From NCBI RefSeq assembly GCF_009914755.1, contig NC_060927.1: 64,000 nt of DNA; one strand, 5' to 3'. The position numbers and the translations under genes were made by a program. The DNA comes from the human T2T-CHM13v2.0 reference genome, Homo sapiens. Below the pieces are notes generated by a model that made no database searches, was not told the origin of the DNA, and saw nothing but the letters and a program-made list of their open reading frames with translations. Positions 1 through 18,409 of the stretch are shown here, piece by piece (the first letter of the stretch is position 1; every line of letters begins with the position of its first letter).

Positions 1-159
1 TGGCATTTGAGCCACTGATGGTGCAGGAGAGGGAACAAGTGTGATATTGAGGCCAGGTGTGCTTAGCAGTTTGAAAGCAAAGCTAGAAGTACAGGCGAGG
101 CAGAGGCACAAGATGAATGTTTTATATTTTATTTTTTAAATAAAATATTTTTATTTATT

Positions 160-1220
<1,061 letters not shown>

Positions 1221-2345
1221 TCCTGCGTTTGGTTTTTTAATTCTGCTTGTTTGTAGTGACATTCATCAAGAATGAATGACTTTAAAACAACAACGAAAAA
1301 TCTTTAGGGATTTTTACTCTTGGGCAAGCATGCTTCTGTCTCTGAGCATTAGTTTTCTCATATATCAGATAAAAGGGTTTGGAGTATATCAATGATATTC
1401 TGGTTGTGGACAGAACTCTTGAGGGTTCCTTGAACATGATCCTTTGGTAGCATTGGATTGCTCTCGGCCATCCCACGAATAGCTGTGTTTTATCTGTTTT
1501 TTGCTTAAGATTTAACATATGAGTTCATTTGAAATGTTTCTGTTGCCACAAAGAAACAAAATCCCTGGCTCAGAGTTTTAAGGGGACTTACTGTTCTAAT
1601 GCTACTCACTCAGGCTTTGGTTGAGTAGTAAACAGACTACAGCTTGTTTTTAAGTTCAGTGATCTTCAACTTACAGCCCCTGTGTTTTACAAATGAGTTA
1701 AATTAAGATCAGTATCTTCTGTTCAAATTCTTTTTCCAAAGAAATCCAAATGTGCCATAAGCTGATAGGTCTCTGGCCATGAAATATGGTTTCATAGTTA
1801 CATTGAGATTGTTGAGTAGCTACAGGGAAACTGAGAATTTACATTCTGAGGCAAATGGTTTAACCTAAGAGGAATAAGATTAAGTAAACTGTGTATTAGC
1901 TCCTCATAATGTGGCAGGAATTCAGTGTTAGCGGTGGAAAAGCCACAGGAGCTTAATGTGGTAGGTAAGGAAGGTTTATGTTAGTTCCTTTCCCCGATTA
2001 TCCCAGTTGCTGTGCATTGCCATCTCGGATCAGTTTCTAGCCATGACTACCTAAAAGTTGTCTGAGGGAGGCTGTGCACTGGGTGATCTTGTGAGGCAGG
2101 TGGACGTCTATTCTGCCAAGATCTTGTGGGCCCAGTTTGAGAATGGGTTTTAAGTTTTAGTCCTTTTACACTTCCTTTGCAGGAATGTAGCTTTTGAAAT
2201 AGAAGCAAAGTGTTGTGAAACCTTTGACATTCTGTTCTTTAACACTTCCTCCTCAGCCTGAAGATCTCAGCTTTTGCTTGGGCGTTACAACACCCCATGG
2301 TACCTGAACCTCAAGTAAGCTCTGTTAGGTTTTCATATCTGCCCG

Positions 2346-3079
2346 TGTATGATGGTGACTTTTTTTTTTTCTGAGACGGAGTTTCGCTCTTGTTACCCAG
2401 GCTGGAGTGCAGTGGCGCAATCTTGGCTCACTGCAACCTCCGCTTCCTGGGTTCTAGCGACTTCTCCTGTCTCAGCCTCCCAAGTAGCTGGAATTACAGG
2501 CATGCACCACCACGCCCGGCTAATTTTGTATTTTTAGTAGAGACGGGGTTTCTCCATATTGGTCAGGCTGGTCTCTAACTCCCGACCTCAGGTGATCTGC
2601 CTGCCTCGGCCTCCCAAAGTGCTGGGATTATAGGCGTGAACCACCATGCCCAGCCTCGATGATGACTTATGAGTCAATTTGACTGGTCCTCAGGTGCCCA
2701 GATATGTGGCTAAACATTATTCTGGGTGTGCCTGTGAGGGTGTTTCTGGATGAGATTTGGTGGACTGAGTGAAGGTGGCTGCCCTCCCCAGCGTGGGTGA
2801 GCTTCATCCACGGGAGGCTGCTTAGAGAAGGAGGCTGAGCAGGAAAGTCTTCTTTCTCCGCCTGACCGTGCTTGAGATGGGACATAGGTGTTCTTTGCCC
2901 TCTGGACTCCAGGCTGCAACTAGAGCTTAACTCTGTCAGCTCTCCCGATTCTCAGACCTCCCAACTGCAGGTCATGGGACTTCTCAGCCTACATAATCCT
3001 GTGAGCCAATTCCTTGTAATAACTGTCTTTATGTGTAATCTATTGGTTCTGTTTATCTCTGGAGAGCCCAAATACTCCA
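2346..3079. mobile_element. MLT2-family (ERVL) solo LTR interrupted by an antisense AluS (~2360-2656)
   Basis: MLT2-like text (taaacattattctgggtgtgcctgtgagggtgtttctgga ... tctattggttctgtttatctctggagagccc). Alu TSD gat[g/a]tgactt-like at 2351-2361 and 2658-2668. Confidence 0.8.
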
Positions 3080-5758
3080 GCAATAATGGAGTCACTTTTT
3101 CCCAGAGATAGGTTTTATCTTGGAGGATTCTTATATTGATCCTTCCCATATCTCTGTTTCAGAAACACTTCCTACAATGTAGAGTGCTAATAGCTGGTTT
3201 GTGAGTACCCCTTAGATATACTGGGATGAGCAATAAGGTCAATGCTGTCACCTAACCGTCTGTTGATTGTCAAGCCTTTGTGTGGAAGCAAGGAAATTCA
3301 TCTAGCAATCATAACAAAGGCAAAGCCTGGAGTGTAAGGTGGTTAGGTTTTTGGCTAGCAAGAGCTGCAGAAAAACAGCCTCTAGCTTAAACTGAGTTAT
3401 AAACATATGGAACTAGTGTAGGCCTTGAAATCTTTTGTGGTCGAATCCTCTTTGTAGGGGAACCTAGGCAAAATCATGTCATTTCCACTGCCGGTCCCAT
3501 AGCGACTTCAGTTAAGGTATAGACCTATATAAAGTGTTTTATCCCTTAAAAAGCTTCATCTCCCATTTGCCTGTGGAATCCTCCCTACAACCCTAAGAGG
3601 TGGAGAGGAAGCCTTTCTTACAGATAAGGATGGAAATTGTACAGATGCACGAATTTGTTTCTAAAGCTAAGTAGAAACAAGAGTACCAAGAGGTCAGATT
3701 TTTCCAGCCCCCAAATCCTTGGCGTAAGTGTATAAAAAGTAAGCACAGCTGTTCTTGAGGTTTCTCAGCCTGTTGCCTCCTCCCCATGTTAAAATTCTGG
3801 CCTGTATTCTTCTAAGATAATCTCTGTACCCAGTTGAGGATTCAACATCTAGGTATCCTCTTTGGGAAGCGTTCTTAAAGCCCTCATATAATGGGTTAGA
3901 TTCCTGATCACCTCTAACCCCTTTTGTGTTGAGAGTTTCTTTTGATTACGAAGTCATACATAGTCATTGTTTTAAAACTTAAAATATGGCAAACCATAGT
4001 CAAAGTCCTCTATACCCCCCCATCCCACTCGGAGGAAGAAGTCTTGACTATTCTTATGACATCATACATTTATTGCCATTTTCCTGTCTGCTTATCCAGG
4101 GTCTCCTTAAACCAAGCTTGAGGTAGGGAGACTATCTTGGTCATCTTTGCATCTCTAGCAGTTGGGCTGGTGCAGGTGCTTGGGAAATGAATCTGTGTTA
4201 AGATCACCAGCCTCTGAACAGGCCTTATGTACCAAGGTCTGTGTCCAGATTGGCATGACCTCTGAGTTAACAGTCCTTTATTTAGATCTTTAAGACTGAG
4301 TTCTCTGCCACAGATTTGCCCTCTGGAAAAAGGCACCTCTCCTCTAGAGCAGCAGCTGTCAACCTATAAATCCTGTTTTGAAAATTGGAATTTTAGTTAA
4401 ATTACAGGGACAGAGTGTGATTGTATACAATTTAATTAACATATTGAAATAGGGATGTGAATAAGACTACTTTAGGCATTACTGAAAAGCAACCGAGCAT
4501 TTAATGTTTTCATTTATATTTATGCCTGCCAAACTGTGGCACCAGCCCCATCAAGATGTCTGTGGTGCACTTAACTGTGCAGAAGGTGTGGAGCCTTTAC
4601 ATTTCCTCTCCCTGGACTTGGTACCATGTTTGCATGTTTTGCCAGTTATCTTAAAGTGGGATTTTAAATCTATTGTAAAACAAAAATAAACTTCATGGTA
4701 CTTAATGCCACTGAAATATACACTTAAAAATGGTGAAAATGGTAATTGTTTTAATATTTTACCACAGTAATTTATGTAGGAATACTTTCTATAACTTTGT
4801 GCTAATAAATTTGAAAACCCGGAGGGGAAATTGTGCTGGCAGTGTTGAACTATGGGTCAGTTTGTTCTAGGCTACAGATAGACTTTCCTGTGTGAAGATT
4901 AAAGATGAAAAAGGCTAAGGAGGAGGGACAAGGGAAAAGAAAAGTGGAAATTTTAAGGGTTCCTGCTAACTCTTCCCAAGGAATTGGAAGGAGTGTTTAC
5001 TAAGTGTTCCATTCCCGTTTAAGCTCTCTTCTCCCAACACAGTTAACCAAGCAAACTGTTACTTATTCTTTATAATAAAATTCCTCCCCGTCACAGTTTT
5101 TCTTAACCTCCTCAAGTCTTATCACCCCCCTACTTCCCACCGTGACCCTCAAAATGGAAGTGATTATATGAAGACCTGAAGGATTACTTAAATCTCAGTG
5201 AGTATTGAGTGCCTTCTGGGAGTGGGGAGTGAGATGGGGTGAGAGTTACTGGTCAGACAAACTTGGAGTACTTTGGAAGGTTTGCTTTGGGGCATTTCTT
5301 ATTGTTGAAGTTACCTGGACCCCACTTCAGTGGGAGAGCCTGAGGGTGGAGATTAGAAGCAGAATCTGTTTAGCTAGATTAGGATCCAGTGAGAGCTTCT
5401 GCCTCAACTGTCCTGTTCAGAAAGCCACTCCTCCTCTAATGTGGAATAGCTTCACAGTTTATTATGAAAAAATGTCAGACATATACAAAGCAAAGAGACT
5501 CAGTGTAAAAGATACACTCTCCTACCTACTTTCAACAGTTAGCATTTTCTGTATTTGCTTTATCTGTTCTTTCAGTTGAGCTACTACAAAGTAAATTAGA
5601 CCTCATGATACTTCACCTGTAAATGCTCTCAAGTCCTTTAATCTAGAATGTGGTCCCTCCTTCCCTTTTTCTGTCATTATCTTTAGTTTTGGAAAGATCA
5701 AGCCAGTTGTCCTAACAGAGTGTCCCACATTCTAGGTTTGTCTGGGTGCATCTTTTGA

Positions 5759-6164
<406 letters not shown>

Positions 6165-6941
6165 TAGCTTATATATTTTTGACAAGAATACTTCATTAGG
6201 AACCTTTTAATGTCTGATTGTTCCACTATTAGAGACAGTAAGTTTAATCATGGTATTAAGGTAGTCACAGCCATATCACTGCATTGTAAAGATACTTTTC
6301 CTTCCCCTACCCCCATTCCTGTGTGATTAGGAAGTGCTCTGTGGGGTAATACTTTGGTGCCATGTGGATCTTTTAGTTTCCCATCCACCTTTCACCTATG
6401 GTATCACTGGTGATGTTTACCTGAATCCCTTCATTAAAGATTGCAAAATTATTTTTTATTTCAATCATTTTAAATACATTCCTTCTACTGGCATTCACCT
6501 GTTAGATTCCCGCCCCCCCCCCCCCGCCCCTGCTTTTCAACTAATATAGTTCCTACTTAAAAGACAGGATACATTGTTTTCCTCTACCTACTTATTTTCA
6601 GAGTGAGGAGTTATTGTTAGAAGTATTCACTCATCTTTAATGAAATTGTTTTGTTCATCAGATTATTTCAGGAGAGCAAGCAACAAGTGAGCAAAATAAT
6701 CTGGGCCTGGCAGGACTACAGAGGTCAAAAGGGAGGACATGAGAAGCCACAAGCTGTCCCACAGAGATGGCAGCCTTCTCCCTCCCATTTAGCGGGGCTG
6801 GAAATGAGCTCCCTGTGACTCCTTTCTGTCCTTCCCCGGCTCCTCCCAGTCACCTCAGTGTGAGTGATGAGTAGTGCAGTGACAGCCTCGACCACATACC
6901 ACATTTCTGTCCTGTAATAGCTTTGCTACCGACAACTTTCT

Positions 6942-7868
<927 letters not shown>

Positions 7869-8119
7869 TGCTACCCACAACTTTCTCACTGTGCCAAAAT
7901 CAGTGCCTGTCCAGTACCCTCGCCTTTTCTACCTCTCCTCTGCTAGCGATACTGTGTTTAAGTCGAGTGACCTTCCTCTCCTTCCTCACCATCCCTGCTT
8001 CTCACACTTACCCATACTCTTACTAAATCAGCTTACCATTACTCTTGCTAATTCAACTCAAGTAATACAATTAAACACCTCCTAAAATGAAGAAATCCCT
8101 TACATCTTCAGTTAACCTC

Positions 8120-8795
<676 letters not shown>

Positions 8796-9235
8796 GCCCC
8801 TCTACTTAGATGTACACCAATGTAAAAATTAACATGAACTCTGATATGCTCCACTGAATACAGAGACTCAAACATGGCACCCTCAATATATAAAATCAGT
8901 ATGTTTGCAAAATTGCATCTCTCCAGAGGACAGAATCTGAACCAGTTGTTTAACCAGTAAGTTTCAAACAGTGAAACCAAGTAAATAACAGTTATTCAAC
9001 AATAAATTAGGACACCCAAGAAGTCCTGGGTAACCACCGTCATGGGAAACAGAAGACAGGTCTTTCACTAGGACAGAAGGCATAAAATTGGACTAAATTT
9101 ATTGTATGGTTCTTTTCTGGGATCATGATTTTAAAATCAACTACCAAGAAGGTTTGAAAATAAAAATCAAAAGTCGACCATGATTTTCTTGGGGGAAGAG
9201 AAAACAGCTCCTGAACCAAAGATCACTGTCGACAC

Positions 9236-9337
9236 TGGCAGAGCAGATCCCATAGGAATGGTCATACATTTTGGTTGGTTGGTTTGTTTGTTTATTTTTT
9301 GTAGAGATGGCAGAGCAGATCCCATAGGAATGGTCAT
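9236..9337 (+). repeat. 30-bp perfect direct repeat with a 72-bp period next to an antisense Alu monomer (~9345-9488)
   Basis: tggcagagcagatcccataggaatggtcat at 9236-9265 and 9308-9337. Confidence 0.93.
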
Positions 9338-10524
9338 GTGTGTGTGTTTGGTTTTTTTCTTTATTTTTTATAGAGATGGGGTTTTACCATGTTAACCAGG
9401 CTGGTTTTGAACTCCTGAACTCAAGCAATCCACCCACCTCAGCCTCCCAAAGTGCTGGGATTACAGGCATGAGCCATCGTGCCTGGCCTGGGTCATATGT
9501 TTAACTCTTTGAGGAACTGCCAGACTGTTTTCCAAAATGGCTGCACCACTTTACATTCCCACCAGCGGTGTAGAAGAGTTCTAATTTCTCCACATGCTCG
9601 TCAAAACTCGTTTTCTGTTTTTTTTTTTAATTCTAGTGGTCCTAGTTGGTATGAAGTGGATTCTTCTTTCTTTTGACCATCACTGGGGTCTGATTTGCCC
9701 TGATACCATCTCTTGCTGCAGCCTTCATGCCTAGTGCCTGATCCTGCCTCACCCTGCTGCGCGTTGGCATTCAGATTTGACTTAAAATCCGAGTGGCTCA
9801 GCCTCTGCTCTGAATTGTCCCTTCAGTCAGGTGTTTGCAACTAGTCTCCTGAGGAGTTGCTGGGTTTGAGTCACAGAATACAAGAGGGATGCCCCTTCCA
9901 GGATCTGGGGGTTGGGAAAGTGTGGCAAGGCAGGTTTAAGATAGAAGAGGAAGTCAGCTGTAGCAAGCAAACACATAGACCTGGGCTGTGGGACCCTCGG
10001 AAGGGATATGGAGCCAAGCTCTTGGAGTGCCTGAGGAATTAGCCCAAGGAGCTTTGGCTTTCAGTAGCTGCTCCTGTGTGTAGCAAAGCAGGCTGGAGTA
10101 GAGTGAAGGGAGCCTGGGGTAAGGAAATAAATTAGGAGTCAAGAAGTAATGATGCAACTAGGATTGTGGAAATGTAAAGAGGTTAGGGAAAGATTTGTAT
10201 GGCTGGGGCTAAACCAGATGTGATGGTTGGGGTAAAGGGACATAGGAAGTGGTTTTGGGTATGAGAACAAGAGAAAGTGTTCCTCTTGGGAAGGACAGAC
10301 GGGGTGAGTGGAAAGTTTCTGTCTAATGTGACTTTAGGTGCTAACACAACACAAGGCAGACGTTTGCAGCAGAGAATTAAGAAAAGCTGAAGCTGGAATC
10401 CAGATTCAGCAATCGTGAATGCAGTGAGAACTGAGGCAATGCAGAGTGGCTGCTGCTTCCATGTCATCCCCTCAGATAGATATCTGCAGCCTCCTGGCCT
10501 CTGACTATACCTTTTATTTATTTA

Positions 10525-12330
10525 TTTTTTAAAGAACAGCTTCATTGGAATATAATTGCCATACATGTTGAAACTATACACTTTGAGTTTTGACATACAT
10601 ATGTATCTATGAATACATACCATTCAAAGATGGTATGTATTGTGTGAAACCATCACCATAGTCAAGAGAATGAACAAATCCATTACCCTGAAGTATCCCA
10701 GTATTTCTTCGTAATTCACCCTCCTGCCTACTGCCCTTCCTTACCCCTCTCCAGGTAACCACTGATCTGCTTTCTAGTTCGCATTTTCTGGTATTTTGTA
10801 TAAATGGGATCTGTATATATACTTTAAGTATACTGTGTATTTATTTGGGGGGGAGTATCTGGCCTCATTCGACATTATTATTTTATTTGTGCTGTATGTA
10901 TCTATAGTTCATTCCTTTTTGTAGCTCAGTGGTATTTCATTGTATAGCTATATCACAGTTTGATTAGCCTTTCTGTTGATGGACATTTGGGTTGATTCAC
11001 GTTTCTGGCTGTTACAACAAAAGCTGCTGTGAACACTGGTGCACAAGTCTCTGTCTAGATCTGTGTTTTCATTTCCTTTGGGTAGGTAGCTGTTTCGGAG
11101 GGGAATGGTTGGGGCATATGGTAGGCATATGCTTTAACTTTGTTTAAAAAGTTGAAATACTTAATACATCATAAAATTTGCCTATGTAAAGTGTGCGTGT
11201 TTTGTTTTGTTTTGTTTTGTTTTTGGAGACAGGGTCTCATTCTGTTGCGCAGGCTGGAGTGTAATAGTTTGATCACAGCTCACTGCACCTTCATCCTCCC
11301 AGGCTCAGGTGATCCTTCCACCTCAGCCCCACGAGTAGCTGGAACTAAGGGCACATGCCACCACACCTGGCTAATTTTTTTTTTTTTTTTTGGTAGAGAC
11401 AATGTCTCACTTTGTTGTCTAGGCTGCTCTCAAACTCCCAGCTTCAGCCTTTCCACCTTAGCTTCCCAAAGTACTGGGATTACAGGCGTGAGACACTGCG
11501 CCCAGCCTAAAGTGTGTGCAGTTCAAATATTCACAAGGTTGTACAACCGTCACCATCTAATTACAGAACCGTTTCTTTTCTCTTTTCCTTTCCTTTCCTT
11601 TTTTCTTTCTTTCTTTCCTTTTTTTTTTTTTTTTTTTTTTTTTTAAGGAAACAGGGTCTCACTCTCATGGAGCTGGGACCACAGGTGTACACCACCACAC
11701 CCAGCTGATTTTTGTAATTTTTTGTAGAGACAGGGTCTTGCCATGTTGCCCAGGATTTCTTCAAACTCCTGGGCTCAAGTGATTTGCCTGTCTCTGCTTC
11801 CCAGAGTGCTGGGATTACAGGCATGAGCCACCACACCCGGCCCAGAACATTTTCATCACCCCAAAGTATATATCTAACTTTTAAAATGGTTTTTCCCTTT
11901 CACATTCTTACCAGCAGTGTACAGGAGTTCCATCTGCTCCATATCCTTGCCAACACAGCATGGTCATTTAAAAAATTTTTAGCCTTTCTAATAGGTATGT
12001 GATGGTGTCTCATTATGTTTTTAATTTGTATTTCCCTAAAGATTAGCAGTGTTGAACAGACATGTTTTCACCTGCTTATTCTTTGGTGAAGCATCTATTA
12101 GATCTTTTGCCCACTTATTTTATTGGGTTGGTTTTTTTCTTACTGTGTTTGAGAGTTCTTTGTATATTCTGATTACAAGTCTTTTTGTCAGATATGTGAT
12201 TTCCAAATATTTTCTCTCAGTCTGTGTCTTTCCATTCTATTAATAGTGTTTTTGGAAGAGCAGAAGCTCTTAGTGTTGATGAAGTCCAATTTGTCAATCC
12301 TTCTAGGGATTGTGCTTTTGATGTGCTATC
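10525..12330 (-). mobile_element. Old L1M (L1MB-like) 3' fragments with two inserted Alus (~11198-11507, ~11575-11843)
   Basis: L1 3' motifs ccaggtaaccactgatctgctttct, gatggacatttgggttg and ttgatgaagtccaatttgtc. Confidence 0.75.
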
Positions 12331-13084
<754 letters not shown>

Positions 13085-13592
13085 TATCTAGGAAATCCTT
13101 GCCTAACCCAAGATCTGACAGTCTTTTGAAATGGGACTGGATTTTAAACTAAGCTAGGATCTCAGGTATCCAGAAGGCATTTAAGTTTATAACGTGTCTC
13201 ACCGGATACGCTGGAGAGTCATGGGGGAGGAGAAGAAAGCCAGTTACAAAAGTACATCATCAGTTGTTCAGTCATCTGTCAGTTTATGTGTGAATGCCCC
13301 TCATGAGCCAGGTCTGTAATCCAGTGGGCAGTCCCCATCTCCTGCATTGTCTCTGTGACTTATAGTTTCGTTCTTTCTGCTGTCAAATGAATATATAAAG
13401 AAAATATCCAAAAACTTAATAAATTGTAATTAAGAAGGCAAATCTCCCATCTTTCTCTTCCTGAAAAAATCCAAGTGTAAATGATTTTTTTTTTAACATA
13501 AAGCAAATCGTTATACTACTCTTTTCCATAAAGCATTTGGGAACTGATTGCTTGTTAGGGTAACCTGAAAGCTCTGCCACTATTTCCCCTAA

Positions 13593-13919
<327 letters not shown>

Positions 13920-14329
13920 TACAATTTTAAGTTCTATAATTGGTAGAAAATTTCCTCAGTTTGGGGGGCTCATCTTCAAGAGTGGAGACTAAAGTAGGTT
14001 CTGTAATTGCGCTGGCTAAAGAACAAAGAATTCTATAGCACTGTGAGCTGGAGAATGTTGTAGCAGGTTAATAAGGGGCTTACTCCATTTTGTCAGTAAC
14101 CAGCATTGGTTCCAGGAATTCAAGAGGTGGTGAGATATTATGCTTAATGGTAATAAGATACCACTTATTGGTAATGTACCAGGCATTGGTCTCTGGCATC
14201 TTACCATCTTTGTACTCATATCTTCACAGGAGCACAAGAAAATTAAACCATCCACCTTTTACAGATTTAGGGATTTAGTAGAAGGCTGAAGGAGGCCAGA
14301 TAACTGAACTTTTACTTGTACAGCTAATA

Positions 14330-14374
14330 TTAAGTCGGTGCAATAGTAATTGCGGTTTTTGCAATTACTTTTAA
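14330..14374. mobile_element. Half MADE1 (Hsmar1 mariner MITE)
   Basis: ttaagtcggtgcaatagtaattgcggtttttgcaattactttta matches the MADE1 terminal repeat. The second arm is missing. Confidence 0.75.
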
Positions 14375-15380
14375 AGTTTCAGAACCCTGATTTGAAGCAG
14401 AGCGTCTGGGAGTCTCTTCGTTCTGTTATACCAGAGTTGTTCTTGTATGTGAATAAGGAGCGTATCTGAATGCCTTGGCTTCAGCCCTGGAAGCCATTGC
14501 ATTCTGACCAACCTTTGTGTAACCATTTTGTAGACTGTGAGGACTCTTGTCACTCCTTAAATTCTCTCCTAAACATATTATATTTTGCTTCTGAAGATGA
14601 TCCAAATACCCTCAAAACTCAGGTGGAGATACTGTTAAAAGATAGTTTTCAAAAAGGGTAAGATCATAACTCATTTTAAATATAAAATGAACACATGTTA
14701 AAAATTTTAACTCATAAGACAAGCAGTTACAACCAGTTCAGGGAGAGTAGGACAACAAAGAGCAGACATACATGTAGTAATGTCAGTAATGTCGAAATGA
14801 ACACAACTGGCTTTTCCACAGGGAAGGATTATCAAGACAGTTCATTTACTTATCCATGGACAAGAGTGATTTGCATTTCCCTCAGTTCTACACAACTTAG
14901 AGTTGCTGAAGGGCAGTGAAAGGCTAGAATCATATAACCTAGAAGGATGTGTTCCAAAGCTTAGAGTATAAATCTAAATATTGCAGTTTCCCATTGGAAA
15001 CATCCCATGGTCTTTTTTAAAATTTGTTTACAGAATGTGAGAGTTTATAATACTATTGTCTCGTTTTTTTTTCTTCCATAACATATTTAAAATTCTTGCT
15101 TAAAAATGTTTTTGATGGGGATAGGGGGTTGTGAATTAAATTCCTAACATGTCCTAATAGTTACATGTTATGCCTAATCTGTTAGTGTACTTGGGTGATA
15201 TGACACTTATTTTAAGCCTGATGCACTTAGAAGCATGTTCTACTTTGGATATCTGTTCTGAGGATGGTAGCTACAAAATGAACTTGTGCCCTTTCGCAAA
15301 TTGTTGGACTTGTGGTGGTTGTCTTGTGTCCCTAGTATCTGATTTGGAAGACTCAATTAAGGGTTTAAAAGCCTGCAGAA

Positions 15381-16858
15381 GGCGCGGGCCGCCACGCCTA
15401 ACTGGTTTTCATATTTTTTTGGTGGAGACGGGGTTTCGCTGTGTTGGCCGGGCTGGTCTCCAGCTCCTAACCGCGAGTGATCTGCCAGCCTCGGCCCCCC
15501 GAGGTGCCAGGATTGCAGACGGAGTCTCGTTCACTCAGTGCTCAGTGTTGCCCAGGCTGGAGTGCAGTGGCGTGATCTCGGCTCGCTACAACCTCCACCT
15601 CCCAGCCGCCTGCCTTGGCCTCCCAAAGTGCCGAGATTGCAGCCTCTGCCCGGCCACCACCCCGTCTGGGAAGTGAGGAGCGTCTCTGCCTGGCTGCCCA
15701 TCGTCTGGGATGCGAGGAGCCCCTCTGCCCGGCTGCCCAGTCTGGGAAGTGAGGAGCGCCTCTTCCCGGCCGCCATCCCATCTAGGAAGTAAGGAGCGTC
15801 TCTGCCCGGCTGCCCATTGTCTGAGATGTGGGGAGCGCCTCTGCCCGGCCGCGACCCCGTCTGGGATATGAGGAGCCCCTCCGCCCGGCAGCCGCCCCAT
15901 CTGAGAAGTGAGGAGCCCCTCCACCCAGCAGCCGCCCCATCTGAGAAGTGAGGAGCCCCTCCGCCCGGCAGCCGCCCCATCTGAGAAGTGAGGAGCCCCT
16001 CCACCCGGCAGCCGCCCCGTCTGAGAAGTGAGGCGCCCCTCTGCCCGGCAGCCACCCCGTCCGGGAGGGAGGTGGGGGGCAGCCCCCGCCCGGCCAGCCG
16101 CCCCGTCCGGGAGGGAGGTGGGGGTCAGCCCCCGCCCAGCAAGCCGACCCGTCCGGGAGGTGGGGGGCACCTCTGCCCGGCCGCCCCTTCTGGGAAGTGA
16201 GGAGCCCCTCTGCCCGGCCACCACCCCGTCTGGGAGGTGTACCCAACAGCTCATTGAGAACAGGCCATGATGACGATGGCGGTTTTGCAGAATAGAAAAG
16301 GGGGAAAGGTGGGGAAAAGATAGCGAAATCAGATTGTTGCTGTGTCTGTGTAGAAAGAAGTAGACATCACTTTGTTCTGTACTAAGAAAAATTCTTCTGC
16401 CTTGGGATGCTGTTGATCTATGACCTTACCTCCAACCATGTGCTCTCTGAAACATGTGCTGTGTCCACTCAGGGTTAAATGGATTAAGGGCGGTGCAAGA
16501 TGTGCTTTGTTAAACAGATGCTTGAAGGCAGCATGCTCCTTAAGAGTCATCACCACTCCCTAATCTCAAGTACCCAGGGACACAAACACTGCGGAAGGCC
16601 TCAGGGTCCTCTGCCTAGGAAAACCGGAGACCTTTGTTCACTTGTTTATGTGCTGACCTTCCCTGCACTATTGTCCTATGACCCTGCCAAATCCCCCTCT
16701 GCGAGAAACACCCAAGAATGATCAATTAAAAAAAAAAAAAAAAGAAAAAAAATTTTTTTAAATATAAGGTAATCTACATCTTCTGATATGGAAAGAGGTC
16801 TATCTATATATTCCCCTAATATATGTATTAACTAAAAAAAAAAAAAATTAAAAAAAAA
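15381..16858 (+). mobile_element. SVA retrotransposon, 5'-truncated (no CCCTCT hexamers): Alu-like part, GC-rich VNTR ~15640-16235, SINE-R to 16727, poly(A), 3' transduction, second poly(A)
   Basis: Typical VNTR units (gccgccccatctgagaagtgaggagcccctccgcccggca), SINE-R end gagaaacacccaagaatgatcaat, TSD aaaagcctgcagaa at 15367-15380 and 16859-16872. Confidence 0.97.
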
Positions 16859-17095
16859 AAAAGCCTGCAGAAACTTACGCTGTTAGGTAAGAGTTGGCAG
16901 TCTGACTCCCCTAGGAGTGACTTCCCCCTTCTCCCTTTCTAATGTCAGCAAGAGATAAATGCTATATGGCCAAAATTTTTGATTCCTTTGATCTTAACTC
17001 TTTGTGGTGTTGGGTGGAGAGTGGTTGGGAGAGGGTGGCAAAAAAGTTCACCTTTCAACCAGTCTTCCAGTCAGTTGGATCATCTTTTGAACTGA

Positions 17096-17729
<634 letters not shown>

Positions 17730-18409
17730 GACATCCCTTCTTAATGTCCTTTTCTTAAATGTATGAGGAGTGGGCCACTGAGCAGGGAGAGCCCTGGTTG
17801 GGGTCCTTTGATTGGAGAATAGCAGTAATAATGGGGAGGAGAGGTAGAAATGCAACCTGGACATTTGTAGGTCTTTGGCCACAGCTTGTGTTCAGATGGG
17901 AACTGGTAGGCCACCTGGCTTTTAGTGAGACTGTTCACCTTGCCTTCTGTTGAGCCCCATTGTCTTGGTCAACTGTAGTTCAGTCTGTCTTCCGTTAGTC
18001 TCCACCCTTCCTCCACTAGCAGAGAAGAGGACACATTTGCCTTTCACCTGGTGTAACATCCCTCGCCTCTTCCCCTTCTCTCTTTTCTTAGTAGCAGTGC
18101 CGTACCACATTCTGTGGGCTTCCTGATTTGAGAACTCTGGGGCTTGTATCCCATGGATGGTGGTAGAGGTTAAGTTTAAGTTTTCTCCATTTGTCCTGAG
18201 CAGGCATAATGTTATGCTTTGCATTATTTACTACACTTGTTTTGGAGCATTAAAAAATTCCAAGTGTGGAGACAGATTATCCTTTACCTAAATGAATTTG
18301 TTTTACTTTGGGATGTTGTTGGAAGTGGTCATAAGGAAATTGTTGAGGAATATAAATCTAGCCCCATGAAATGCCTGTTAAGTAGAATTCTTTTTTTTTA
18401 ACTTGACAA

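Noticed and set aside
15680-16235. Regularly spaced ~40-bp repeats resembling a CRISPR array
   Set aside because: Tandem VNTR units with no unique spacers, no cas genes, and a primate SVA context.
15170-16721. Many long overlapping ORFs (up to 222 aa) on both strands
   Set aside because: They arise from the GC-rich, stop-poor SVA VNTR and Alu-like region. The translations are repetitive with no protein-family signal.
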